The notes: generated from the letters alone by a model not told the origin. 63,816 nucleotides of DNA, filler included, from Bigelowiella natans CCMP2755 (GCA_000320545.1; 6 parts of 6 records of this genome joined end to end with filler, not necessarily neighbours in it), one strand, 5' to 3'. Counted from the first letter of the whole stretch, positions 1 through 13,972 are shown. Made by a program: numbers and translations.

Positions 1-73
1 TGTGTGTGTGTGTACGTGTGGTTCCTATGAATGCTGAGAATAGGAACGGTGTTGGAGAAGGTGACATCAGATG

Positions 74-139
<66 letters not shown>

Positions 140-787
140 GGAGAGAGAGGGGGGGGGGAGGAGGGAGAGAGGCATATAAACATCACGACTCCATCATATC
201 CACAACCCTTCAATACACGCCAGAGTCATCACCACCACAACGACGACGACGACACTCTATATCATCACTCGTCGCCGTCATCATCATCGCCACAAGGCGC
301 GCTGCTCACACACCCTCCGGAAAGAACTTCGTGATGAGATCTTTCAGCGTTGGGTTGTAGAACAAGTGCGGCACAAAATAGTAGGCCCCCGCCAGAGATA
401 TCTATACCACGACACAGTCAATAAATCAAAAGATTGAAAAATAAAAAAAATAAACAAAACAACGACACCACAACGGCTTCTCGTTAGACAGGTGTGGGGG
501 GGGGAGGGGGGGGAGAGCTCATCACTAGTTGCGGGATCTATGCAGTTAAACCTGTTAATGATATTCGGCTACTATCGAGTGTGCGTGTGCGTGTGCGTGC
601 GTGTTTGTGTGTGCAATGAAAGTTATGACCGCGGTCTCATCCCATTTCCTTATATCCGTGCATGTGAGCTTGTTGTTGCTTTGCGGAAAGGACAGTGTTG
701 TCCCTCCAGAAGGGGCGCTGCACCGGGATGATGAGCACAAGAGATCGCAAAGAACAAGAGGCAAACACGCGCACGCAATCTCGAGTC

Positions 788-836
<49 letters not shown>

Positions 837-1888
837 GTGTGTATATATTGTGTATGTGAGAGTGCGTTTGGTGAATGTAACTTACGCCTCAAAATCTGCT
901 ACCATTCCTACCATCAAAAATCTCTTTTCCTCACTTCCAAGGAGCGAGCGGAAATAATTCATGGCGTGGTGCTGGTGATGATGCTGGTTGGTGGGGAGGG
1001 GGGAGAGAGGGATGGTGGTTGTTCCTACTTGTGAAACTGATTGGCGTCAAGCGGTAATTGCTCTAGGTCGAAGATGTCTCTTAGGCTGGCATGATAGCTG
1101 TTAAGGGAGAGAGGTAACATCAACGGCAAGAAAAAGAAAAAGAAGAGGAGGAGGAGGAGGAGGAGGAGGAGGAGGTCACTGACAAGTTCTAATGCTGATG
1201 CTGCTTATTATCTGCTGCTATAGGCACGGAGTATATACCGCATACACACACACACACACACATATACATTAATATATATACTGCATCGTCTGATGTAGTA
1301 CCCTGACTTCATGGTCACTATCAAGACCCTTTCAGTCAGAAGAGCCAGGGCGAAGCACGCAACCACGAATCGCAGTCTATTTCCCAGCTGCGCGCCTTTT
1401 GATTGAACAAGGTTTGCTTTGAACTTGGGTTGCGACCAATCGTGTGTCGCGTGCACGTGCGCGTGTGTACGTGTACAGGGAGAGTGTATCACCATCATCA
1501 TCACCATCATCATCATTATTCTCTTCTTCTTCTTCTTCATCATCATCATCATCATCATCCATCCTCTTCAGGAGGGGAAGATTGCTGTGACTGACTCGGC
1601 TTGCAGAGAACATATTTAAATGGCCCCCCTTTCCCTTCGCTGGCGTCTCTTTGCCTCTTAGCCTGTGCAACAAACGCAGCGTCGTATGCAGGGGACGAAA
1701 CGAACCTAGAATCGAGGATGGGGGGGGGGGGGGGGGGGAATTGGAGATCGCGAGGTTGAAGAGAGATTTAGCGCTGCAAAGCTGCTATATAAATGCACAG
1801 CAACCCACTACAACGATGATGATGCAATTAGACTCCTGCTGCCTACCTCTGTGGAAACATTTCCTCGAATATTTCACTTGAGCCTGAT

Positions 1889-1919
<31 letters not shown>

Positions 1920-2369
1920 AATGATGATGATGGCGAAGGTGAGAAGGAGGATGGAAAGATAGCAGGAGGGGGAGGAGGGAATCTGACGATGATGGCCGTG
2001 CATAAATGAATAACGTGTCGTCATCGTCATCGGCCACGAAATTGCTCTTCAATTTCACTGTCATGCTCAATTGGGCGCGCACAGCAGCAGCAGCCCATGC
2101 AGCACTCACCAGCTCCAAATCGCGCTCCTTGTTTGAGAGAGAAGTTAGGCCGGGCAAGAACCGAGGAAGATGAAGCAGATGAGGAGGAAGAAGAGGAGGA
2201 GGATGATGAAGAGGAGGAGGATTTCGTATGCTGCTCGAGTACACCGCAAACAGAAAGTAGCGCACAAACAAGGAGCCTTATTAAAGATGCAGAATCAATA
2301 CCGACGCGGGCTTTCGCATCGTGTGCGTTTAGTAACAAACAAAAACATTCAAACTCACTCCCAATTTCT

Positions 2370-2414
<45 letters not shown>

Positions 2415-2469
2415 ATACGAATAATAATAATTACAATAGTAATAATTTGTACATATTTAAGATTATAGA

Positions 2470-2508
<39 letters not shown>

Positions 2509-2575
2509 CATATTTTATATACAATACCAATATGTATCTTTAATATACGTTTTACATATATTAATTAATATACCA

Positions 2576-2620
<45 letters not shown>

Positions 2621-2766
2621 CGTGTGTGTGTGTGTATAAAATATGTAAATACGTCGGGTGGCGGCGTCAGCGGCCCGGCATTGGTTTTCGTTGTTTTCAC
2701 GGTTGTTGCCATGGATGACACATCGGGAAGCTTAGCGGGAAGGGCATGATCGGCCGACTTCGCCAC
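1..2766 (-). CDS. GT37-family (xyloglucan-type) alpha-1,2-fucosyltransferase-like, multi-exon, runs off window start; 5' end uncertain
   Basis: Spliced exons ~1594-1662 and ~1303-1397 read FKYVLCKPxGAQLGNRLRFVVACFALALLTERVLIV (cf. plant FUT1 KYVVWISFSGLGNRILSLASVFLYALLTDRVLLV). Exon ~313-404 reads AYYFVPHLFYNPTLKDLITKFFP (cf. NYFVPSLFLIPGFDDELNKLFP). Possible TM anchor RLLVCALLSVCGVL near 2240-2280. Confidence 0.72.
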
Positions 2767-4512
2767 GGAAGATACTAAATCGAATTATCAAGCAATGTTT
2801 TCTTGTTAGACATATTTTTCTACAATATATTTATATATATGCTATATAATATATATAATTTTTATAATCATGCGGTGTTGAGAAAGAAACTTGAGAAAGA
2901 GGACACAACGCAGCTACTACCTGGAAGGTCGACGATATGGTGCGTCTTGAAGAGAAGGGCGGCGCTAAGAGTAGTGATGACGTTTAAGAAGCACCCCAGA
3001 GATTGTTATCCCCCTCCTTCCCTCTTCTCATCATCATCATCATCATCATCATTATCATCCTCATGATCAATATCATCATCACAATTCTCATCATCATGAG
3101 TAGATACAAATCCAGCACCCCTCCACGCACGCCTCCTCCCCCCTACCTGAAACCAAGAGCCAGCAGCATGAGCGCACTCCCGCCATAGGCCATCACCATC
3201 GTTGTGAGCGCGGAGCCGCCTCTCCCCGCCATGTGATGCTGGGAACCACCTACCATCGGTCGGCGCAATGTGTCAAAGATCAATGGCCTGGAAAATTCTC
3301 AGCGCGGGCGAGACTGCGAAATAACAACTTTCTTCGTTGAGATAGAGAGAGAGAGAGGGAGAGCGAGAGAGAGAGAGGGAGAGAGAGAGGGGGGAGGGGG
3401 GGAGAGTAAGGAGCCTCCTCAACGGCTAGTTGCAGAGCGCAAGCAAGCTCAGATGTCTACCTCCAGATCCACCGATCCTTCGACGAGTGACCCCCTGAGA
3501 GAGCACACAGCAAACAGCAACGACATGTGCATAAACACACGCGGCCTCATCGCATCAACATCAACACCCAAGCAACAGTACAGAACCGCCACCTTTCTCT
3601 TCTATTTGCCTGATCATATATTCATTCATCCATTCATCGATCCCCTAATCCACCCGACCCTCTCCCCCATTCCCCCCCCGTCCGTTGCATACCAGCTTCC
3701 TGCGATGGGCACGCTCTTTCATCCGAACGAGAAATGTCAGTGATAATAGATATCTTACGATATATTCAGTTAGAAAAAAATTCTATTGTTGGAATTGAAT
3801 AAAAAGGCGATTTGTTTGCTTTGGCAACCAAAAAAACATAAACAATCTATTCAATTTCAACGAGAAAACATCCTACAAAATTAGTTTTTCTGGGTGAAGT
3901 CGGAGTGTCGATATAATTTCTTTTTCCGTCCCGAAAACATCCTGATGCAGCATTTGGCCTGGGGATCCGAATTTTCAAAACCACATAAAGCTTCTATAAG
4001 TGTAGACGGCATTGAAAACACACACATTTATATATATGCGACAATATTTTTTAGCTGTGAATAATGTAAATGCTCGATAACTCAGATATGGATATTTCAG
4101 AAATCGAAAAGTTATTCTTATTAAATTTTGCAAGAAAAATTCGAGTACAGCTCGTATCCTCCAACTGCTTTCCGAGTGAACCGTCCTCCCCTCCCCTTTC
4201 CCATGTCCATGCGGCTTCCTTTAATGGCGAAAATATAAGATTTTACAAAGGTATCACTTATTTCCGAAGTTGATAGTTGTGCTGCAGTGCAACGATGCGA
4301 GGCCCTCAAAGTTGGCCCTGCGATGCACATCCATCTGATGATACATATTTTCCCAAGCTTTCGCTTTTGCCGGTCACACGTGAGACCTTCTATTCTTTCT
4401 GTCCTTCCAATGTAGTGTGCTCCTGCACATGTCTTGTTGAGATCATTGAGCTAAAATTCACGCGTTCATTGCTGGATGTTTTCCGACATCTTCTCAACCT
4501 TCGTCCAGGGTC

Positions 4513-5154
4513 ATGGACGCCAATGAAAACAAAGCTGCCCTTGGGGAAAGGCCATCAGTGAAGCCCAGTCTAGAGGTAAAGGTGGTCCCTCCATGTTCGG
4601 CCCGTCCTGCACCAACCTTCAATATAAGAAAGCCATGGGAGAATTCAGGTGGGGATGGGGTTGCAGTGGCAGCGAATGCTTCGAGTTTACCCATCCCGAA
4701 AACAGGCCGCCCCGGCAGAATAAATCGCCGGGGAAGACGCGCAGGGAAAATTAGAGCTCCCGTGGAAACTAAAAGCAAAGCAAGCGCGCACCACCTGTGT
4801 CTCCCCGTAAACAATCCCGGTGGTATATGAATGATATGCCTTTGAATCCCCCCATCATTACCTAGTAGGTTGCAGCTTAACAAATTTGTGACTCAGTGTG
4901 GGTTCGCCGCTAGCCTCCTACTGACATATATTCCTCTTCTATGGTGCTCAGACCTGCCAAAACGCATTGAGAGGGATAACAGTTTCATGTTGCCCGAGGA
5001 CGATCCGAACATAAAGAAGCTGTTTGGTGACCTTGGCGACGATCAAAGACAAGTTGGTAGCGAAAGAGATAAGCAAGAAATCAACATCTCAGCGACAAAA
5101 AATGACTCAGCGAAAATGAATGATGACGAGGAGCCGAAGGGTCTCGATTTATAG
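4513..5154 (+). CDS. Hypothetical two-exon protein (~170 aa, hydrophilic, acidic C-terminus)
   Basis: ORFs 4513..4830 and 4870..5154 join in frame via a GT-AG intron 4823..4951 (G|AC = Asp). No family recognised. Confidence 0.55.
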
Positions 5155-5891
5155 ACATATTGATTTTAACAATTTACGGGTGAAGTTTGCAAATTAAGCT
5201 GAACTGGCAATTTATCATTCCATGGAGTATGCAGAACATGCTAGAAAAAAAGGACTGTTACACATTGTACAGGCTCTGCAACCGCAGCAACGTGCTTCCC
5301 ATCTAACAATGTATATAGCACAATTTTATCCTCGAAATGATGTGCATGTGCACGCGTGTGCTAATGCCCGCCGCCTACGTAAGTATGTTAAAAATGAAAG
5401 CATAAGCGCGCACTTGCTATAGCTTTGATGAGCAGATGGAGACACCCGCAGCCTTCATTTCTGAAAATCAAGTATAAATTCTAATCATTACGCCTGTTCT
5501 GCGATGCCTGTGTACATTTGCAGCTGCTGCATGGAAACGTACATGAATTTCAGAAATTTTAAAAAGTGAGGATGTCTACCTTTAGACATAACTCGATTAC
5601 GGGAGGCGCAAATTCACATTTCTAGATTTGGACGGTAACGCCATTTCGCAATTCATTTGAAATTTTCTCTTTCATTGTCTGCACATGATGCATTGCACAT
5701 CCATCAAACTTTTCACATAACAACAGATGTGAAAGAAGTAGCAACAATGCCGCAATGGAGAGTCTACAACGTTGACAGATTCTGTGCACATGCACTCCCA
5801 CGATGGATGTAATAGCGCGTATTACAACATGTCCTCAACGTGCGTGCAGCTATCAAGCTCATTTTGTACGCCTAGACATTTCTCGCTGGCG

Positions 5892-8063
5892 CTATCTCTT
5901 CTTGACCAGCGTGCAGACACAGAAGGAACACGTAATGCAGATGCACATTAAGATGATGTACTGTATGACATGGAAGACCCCCGAAACTGATAAGTGTCCA
6001 TCCTTCTGGTAAGCTGACTTTGGTAAAAATGTAAATCCACCTGATTCGAACTCTGATGCAAGGACGTTGAAAACCAAGAGCGAGGTCATCAAGATGAAGT
6101 TGATGACCAGAAAGACCATTGCAGCTCTTCCTCGTTGTCGTGCAGATTTCGGGCGTGAGTACCAAGTTGGGATGCAAAGGCAGTAGGTGGCCTCTCCATC
6201 TTTCACCTACAAAAATGTTCAAATCACAAATATAGTGGCAGCAGTATCATTCTACTGGTACTTGCTGAAGTTTTTGTTTCATTTCTTCGGATCCATGCTC
6301 TGCAATAGCCTCTCTGCCGAATGGGATGCGTTCCATCAAAACTATCCAAGAAGGCGTTTCGACGCCATCTGCATCCAATGCTCCGGAACTCTCCATGGAT
6401 CTTTAGTGGTAAAACACGAGGATAGGATGATGGCGCGAATAACGATAAAATTAAGATGATCATTTTAGGATGGAAAAGATTTAAAGGAATACACTGCAAC
6501 CTGTGTTGCACATTTCCGTTGCTCATATCACAATCACTGTCATTGTCATTTTCACCTTGTCACCATCACCACCAACACCGCCACACTCACCTTTGCACAC
6601 CAATACACAATTGTCATGACATCACCACCCATCAACCACCACCATACGAACCCTGGGGTTTGGAACGCCGCCATCTGCTGAATGGCATCGACTCCTCCAC
6701 GACCGTAAGTAACAAGATGGTTTATCAAATCTACTTTCTGCTGCTCGATTTTCAATCGTTTTGCCTCATCATAGCTGATTCGGAGAGATGCGTTCCCCGA
6801 GATTATATCTCTGCGTAAATCTCCAGATGACGTTGTTGGCCATTTTCCGTCCTTGGTAGAATACGGGAGTCGCCCCTTGTGAATAATTTCCCAAAGGGTA
6901 ACTCCCGCGGCCCAGGTGTCTGATCTCGAGGTAAATCTTCCTTTTTCCAAGGCAACAGGTGACATCCAAAGCCAAGGAAGCTTTACATGTTCATCTAATT
7001 CGTCATATATGCCATTGATCATGCGCTCCATCAGACCGAAGTCACTGATTTTCACGCCCCAGTCCGAAGTTATTAGAACATTGCGACACCTAAAGCGTTA
7101 ATTGCGTTAATACATCGATGCGCTAGTAATTGTGAAACAATTCATTTGAGAATGATATTTGATTCTTACGCGATGTCACGGTGAACAAGACCATTAGCAT
7201 GCAAATGACACAGTCCAAGGAAGAGGCCTCTTGCTATGTGCCAGAATTTCTCGATTAAATCGAATTTCTGGTGCAAACCATCCAGGCTTCCAAGTGCGCA
7301 ATACTCGGAAAGAAAGCTCTGAGCTCCTTGCTTATTCACTGCAATTCCGATAAAACTGAATATACGCACGCACGCACGCACCGCCACACACAAACGACAT
7401 GAGATCGTCACATTTCTCAAAATATTGGGGGGGGTCGAGCAAGGTCGATTTGAACTGTGGAAAGTGCAATTTATTGTTCATTTACCTTTGCTTCCCTACT
7501 GGCTACTTTGTGATCGCACATCACCACAATAACTAATTGCTCTATTGCAAGCTATTTCGACAGTTACTACCGCATCAAATTCTCTTGCCCTTGTGCCATG
7601 TAAAGTCCCATCCATTCCTTCATGTAACTTTCAACAAATATGGTAAAAATAAGCGCGAGTGATGAACTAGCTTTGGATGGATGGTAGTGTTCTCTGGATC
7701 TCATAGCGCGCTGTCAGGTAGGCGTTCAAGTTTCAATTAGGAAACGGTCCAAAATGTCTACCTCTCAATTGATATTTTTTCCTTTGGAATCTTCCACGCG
7801 ACAAATATCTTTCCCTCTCCATACTTAAGTTCTGCCTTCCAAGTTACAGCGAAGTTTCCTTCGTCAAGTCTTCGCTTCGTTGTGAGGTCATCTTCAGAAT
7901 ACATTAATTTTGCTTTCATCTTTCCTTCAAGTGACGATCTGCGACCGTCCTCCTCATTCCCAGCAGGCCTATAATCGTACATATTTCCTAGTCCTTTCTT
8001 AATGAACGGCTGTTCTTCATCGTCCGATTCTTCTCCCCCGCCCTCCTTGTTCTCATAGTGCAT
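5892..8063 (-). CDS. Atypical protein tyrosine kinase(-like) with C-terminal transmembrane segments
   Basis: Phase-compatible exons 8063-7762, 7627-7571, 7355-7170 and 7089-~6650 give LDEGNFAVTW, VAWK, YMKE, EYCALGSL, HRDIACRNVL, KISDFGL, LPWLWMSP and DTWAAGVTLWEI. HRDxAxRN and LPxxW are TK signatures. Last exon 6206-5892 has two hydrophobic helices; its linkage via ~6410-6260 is less certain. Confidence 0.85.
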
Positions 8064-8506
8064 GTAGCGGTCAAGATGAAGTGCTGACGAGTCCTGATGC
8101 AGGCACCATGCCGTTTCTGCAGGTGGAAACGCACACGTGCCATTCCGCGGTCAAACTTCAAGGAGACTGTCCTTTGGAGATGGAATCGACCTGCGTTTTC
8201 TTCTCATCTCTGAAAGTACTTTCCATGGGCAGGGCGGCGCGAGGAATTCAGATTTGCTCTACGGGGATTTTCGGACAAAACACAATGAACCGTCCCGTCT
8301 TAGCATAAAACCCCCATGGTTTCGCCGCAAGAAAACGCTGTGAAATCCAGAGCGGAAGACCCATTTTGTTCGCAATGCGGGGATCCCCGCGGGGTTCGCG
8401 ACTAACTTGGATACTCGCCGGGGCTCAAAGCTATAAATAGGCGTGGAAATAAATTCCCGGGATTACTTCTAAAGCTGTGATAAATATCCGGGGATCCCTG
8501 GACGCA
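8064..8506. promoter_or_regulatory. Probable bidirectional promoter between kinase and surface protein
   Basis: 443-bp gap between divergent ATGs; TATAAATA at 8432-8439; perfect 14-bp palindrome GCGGGGATCCCCGC at 8377-8390. Confidence 0.45.
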
Positions 8507-11500
8507 ATGGCGCCCACGATGCTCGTGACGATGGTAACGATGGTAACGATAGCGGGAGGTGCTTCCGGATTGGCGGTTCTCTTGGAACCGAACTCTGTGT
8601 ATCAACTTGGTCGCCCCGGGTCAATGTTGCCTGGCAGCGTGGGGTACAACCGGAGCTTGCCTGTGTTTGATTTCAGAGAGAATGTCATTGTCGGATCGTA
8701 CAACTCCACAATCACATGCTTTCATGCCAATGCATCAATTCAAGACAAACAGTTCACCCCTTGGGCTGTGCATCCTTATCACCGGCGGAACAATTTTGGA
8801 AACGGATATTCTCTGTCATTTATCAATGTACGTTCATGTGATCATTCGTTTACATAAACCATGAACAATTCAAATGTTATCAGGTGACACTCAACTTCAG
8901 ATTACGCTATGAGTGTGGACATTTTACAGTTTTCAACAATATGACAATATCAAATTCTCGAATCTTCAGCTCTGTTTATGGATTCAAGTCCACAAATCAA
9001 GCTGGCATTAATTTTTACCATACAGAATTCACACCTATTCAACCTTTAGCCGTACGTCCAGCCTATGTATTGTATCTTAATCACACAGGAACAAGAATGT
9101 CAATGTATGAAGTAAATTTTCATAGCTACTATAACATGGGAGGGAACAAAAAGAAAGAATTTAGGCCCCTCATAAACATTCCAGCAAAGTATGTCAACAT
9201 TAGCATAACAAGTAGCAGAATTTACAACATTACTGGAAGTCTGAGATACAACGAATCACTAAGTCCCTTCATAGGGATAGGTATGTACAGCCAAGGTTCA
9301 TACCTTCGTGGCTACACTGTTATTCCAGCACACATACATCTGAAAAATATCGTCTTTGAAGGATGCACAGGTACAAGTCTTATCATGGTCGATCCAACAG
9401 ATAAGAAATCAACGTTGTATAGAAATGATGAATTTGGGATGTTACTAGTCGAGAATGCAACTTTTAGAAATATACGAAAAATAACTAGAATTCAATTTAG
9501 CGTCTTAAAGGGTGGTTATGTCCACGCGCCAGGATCTATGATATCAACAATAAATTATCATGTATCTGTGAGAGAATCATCCCTATTTGATTTTTCATGG
9601 GCCGCAGGAATTACTATGGAGTACGGAACTCTTTCACTTTTTCACAGCACTATTTCAAGCATAACGACGTATCCAAACTTCACCCACTTCGATGACTATC
9701 CGGCAACTGCTGCAGTGAATCTCAAATCTTCAGTTACTGCGAAGATTGATACGTGTTCTTTCTATGATAACTCCGGTGTTGGTTCATCTGACATATTCTT
9801 TGACAATGCCGTAGTATTAACTACGGATGAAAAGGATATTCACACTGTGCCTAACATCGTTGATTATCTTGAGATAATGAACTCTGAGTTTGCTAGATCA
9901 AGAGGCAGTGGATCTATTGGCGTGTGTGTAACATTCCCATCTGGACTGCAGATCTCGATCGAGTACTCGATATTCTACGATATTAGTCGCAGCCTTATTT
10001 ATAGGGAGTATATTGATTACTTCCTGAATCGTGAAGACCCGTATGGAAGCTCCATCGAATTAATGGGTGGTGCTATAAGTACAGCAGGGCATGAAATGTC
10101 CCTTGACATTGGAAACTCGATCTTTCGAAATAATACGGGGATCAAAGGAGGAGATTTATATTTGAACACTGACTCCAGTGCACAGCGATTTCAGTTAATA
10201 CATGAATCATCTTTCATGGAATCAAAAGCCACACAGGATGGTGGGTCGGTGTACATTAATGTTGACTACAGGACATCAGGTCCTTTAGATGTCGAGATTA
10301 ATTTCTCCAACTTCACTCACAATAGAGCTGGGGAGGATGGAGGGGCAGTGTTCCTTGCAAATTGTAATTTTTTTCTAATTCAGTCAAAATTTCATAACAA
10401 TAGCGCTTTCTCAAAGGGGGGTGCCTTATATATTGACCTAAATACACCGTTAGCTCAGTTTACTATTGGTGAGTTGGGCGCAACAATCTTTCCAGCTTTC
10501 TTATTCAATTCAGCTGAGTATGGCGGGGCAATCCACGTTGAAGCTTATCGAAACCTGCAAAACAATCTTCTCAGCAGTCAATTGTTTCGCGGGAATCTAG
10601 CGCGTGTCTCCGGTGGAGCAATGTTCATGATCGGAGGACGATTAGAATCTGATTTTGTAGATTTTCGCGGGAATAAGGCCTTCGGTGTGGGAGGTACCGA
10701 TTTATCCAGAGCTTTAAATGGGGCTGGTGGTGCAATATCTTTGATACAAACAGGAGGCATCTTTCATCGAACATGCAACTTCTCATACAATCACGCAGCT
10801 ACGAGAGGTGGATCAATGATCATCGCCCATAGAGATCCTTCTTTTCTCCTCAGAGACCCAGTATACCCCTCATTGTATGTTCAAGGCTGCACATTCATGC
10901 GTAACGAGGCTTTGGAAGGAGGATCAATATTCTGGGACTTTAATCTTTCGCAACCACATTTATGGTTTGAAGATTTGGTGTTTATCGGGAACTCAACAGA
11001 CCACCCAGCAAATATAGCTAGTCTTCCACAAGAACTGGTTTGGAGTTATTCCATCAATGATCCTATCACTATTAATTCTAATTATCGGATTCGACAAAAC
11101 ATAAGTGCTACATTGCTCGACTATAACGGCCAATCTAGCCAATATGGTCATTATCCATTGAAGCTTTTAAGTACAGATTCAAATGTTTCCATCATCACAA
11201 ACGACCAAAGTGACTATACCACAAGCGGAAGAGCTTGCTATGGAGGTTTATGCAACGAGTTAATATTTCTTGTCATGCCTGGTACTGCCTTCAATGTTTC
11301 AATGAGAGCAACCATTGAATGGCCTGACGTCCATACAGAAAAATTCGGTAAGATTTATTTTAATTCTTAGAGTGCCTTATGCGGACCTCATATGTGTGCC
11401 AACTCTTTATTGTTTGTTGCTAGGCCCTCTAATGAGTGTTAACGTGGAGTCATCAGAACTGGCATTCATAACAAAGGAATGCGATCCTGGGGAAGAAGTT

Positions 11501-13972
11501 AAGCCTGATTTGAAATATTGCACAGGTTGCAAGCCTGGAACCTATAACACAGGCCTTCTTGACCACTGCATTCCATGTAGTCCAGGATACTACATGCCAG
11601 ATGCCTCAGGAATCGCATGCAAATCATGTAAAGGAACTGGGGGCGTGTCATTCTCGAACGGCTCGCTGGAGTGTGTGTTTTGTGCCGACGAACGATCTAT
11701 TCCAAATGCTGCAGCTACACAATGCATCGCATGTCCCTCAAATGCTGAGAAATCGGAAAGCAATACATGCGAGTGCAAAGAAGGCTTCTACGAGGACAGA
11801 AAGGACCATTGTGTTCCATGTCCTGAAGGAGCAGATTGTGAGGAGAATGGGGTAACAGCTACGACAATATTGCCAGAAGAGGTTACGTCTGATGAACATG
11901 AATCCGTAACGATTAAATGCGTGCATTTTAGAAAATCAAAACAGGGTCGGACGCTTGAAACCAAAATTTTGCTTGTTTACTAACAGGGTTATTGGAGAAA
12001 CCCATGGTCGGAGGAGGTGGAATTCATTCGTTGTCGCAATGAGGCTTGCTTGGAAGGAGGAGAATGTGCAGATGGGTACAAAGGCCCGCTATGTACTGTG
12101 TGTGAAGATGGTTGGGGAAGAGTCGAAATTTATGATTGTGCCAAATGCCAATCACCTGCTATCGATGCGTTGATCTTACTTATGGCTTATATTTTAACGA
12201 TTGTATCCGGAGCTCTACTCACTTACGTTGAGATTCGAAACCTTGAGGAAGAGTTCAACGAATCAGAGCATGCCCATCAAATAGCAGCAAACGCCCATGA
12301 TGATGACGATCTTGAAGGGAGCTATTCTGTTATGTTCAAGATATTACTTAATTCACTCCAATTCAATGCTCTAGCGATTACCTTCAATCCAGAAACAAAC
12401 TCTAAAATGCTTCAGGTAATAAGTATGTATACCCATGCATATTCACTTTAATATGACAAAATGCAGTATTTTTTCAGACAATCAGCACCATTCAAGCATG
12501 GTGCGGCCTTCCGATGTGGCTGCTAAATGCCGATTGCGTGCTAGGAGATAGTAAGCTAAGCTGGTCTCCAGTCTATCTGAACAGCTTTCTAACTGCAATG
12601 ATGCCCGTTGTTACATTTCCTATACTAGCGATATGCATAGCCTCTGGAATGGCGTGGAAATGTCCTAAATGGGGGAACCTAGAAAGGCATCAAACTCTGG
12701 GGGGTGGGCTACAGGATGAAGATGATTACGATGAGAAGCACCGTAGAAGAAATCGGGCTTTTGAGTCTAAGGAACATGCTTTCGGCTCGTTGGTAGTCTT
12801 TCCTGAAGAAGATGAAGAGGAATATTACACAATCCACGCCGATTCAGATAGCGTAGCGAGGATTAGTCAAGGACACTCTGGGTCCAAGAAACATCGTTAC
12901 TCACGTGGTACATACAACAGCTACAAACTGGTGTTCGAGCCTGACATGGTAATAAGAATCCTAGTTCTAAACCGTTGTCTCATCCAATCTAACTCGAATC
13001 CAACTCTTCCGCAGGGCGCTGCTCCGATCTTGCACGATCGCGATGTTGAAGATCGCGAGTGGCGCAAGGTGCTCTGGCGTTCGAGGTTCAACACAGCGTA
13101 CATGGCGTACATGTATGAGTTATACCCAGCGTTTGTCCTCCAAACCTTGTTACTGTATGATTGCGATAAATTTGGAAATTCTGAGGAAAGCTACAGGCTA
13201 GAACCCGATATGGAGCAAGTATGTGGGCAAGAGGACCAAGCGTTATTTCAGTGGGCGTTAGGTTCATTTATGGTCTTGTGGACTGTTGGGTTCCCTCTGT
13301 TATCTTTGTACGCCTTGGTGAAAACGAGAAGAAAAGAACACCACAACACCCGTAATGACGAGGGAAGCGAGAGTTTCAGCATTAAAAAGGAACTTCGACG
13401 AAACATGCACCTCCACCTCCTTAGCGAAGGACGGAAGGAAAACGCCTACTCGTACGAGATTCTCATCATGTTGCGAAAGTTTGCCAACGGTGTGCATAGG
13501 ACTATTGGTTCCATACGATCAATCATTGCTCCAGGTGAACCAAGCGTTAGGAATGATCGTCGGTTTCATCATACTTCAACTTGTGTTCTGGCCGTTCGAA
13601 CATCAATTTGTGAACGTCGTCGAATCGACGTCGTTAATTCTTCAATTCCTTACTGTGTATGCGGGATCTCTTTCCCATTCTTTAGATCAAGAATCCGCAA
13701 GCGGCATATCATGGTTTGCTGCTATTGTGAACCTCATATTTTATTGCGTGATGGTAGTACTTATAGCAACTCGCATTCACCAGTACCACATTGTCCGTGA
13801 AAATGGTTTGATAAGATCTCTAGTAAGAAGCTTATCAAATTGCTGGAGAGCGTGGTCATACCGTCGCTTGGGATCCAACAAAGAATACAACACCTCTTAC
13901 AACAAACGTCGACAGTCGTGTGCCCCGGAACAACTTGGCAGCGACATTCAAGACTGGGAAGTTGTTCACTAG
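8507..13972 (+). CDS. Large cell-surface protein: signal peptide, PMP-like GGA(I/V)/FxxN beta-helix repeats, Cys-rich repeats, ~9-TM C-terminal domain; 1-nt frameshift at ~13486
   Basis: Exons 8507-8827, 8884-11347, 11424-11881, 11987-12415, 12478-12948, 13015-13972 with phase-compatible GT-AG introns. Repeats such as FRNNTGIKGG, FTHNRAGEDGGAVF, FHNNSAFSKGGALY; CxPCxPGxY motifs; TM motifs YEILIMLRK, QLVFWPF, NVVESTSL. Confidence 0.85.
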
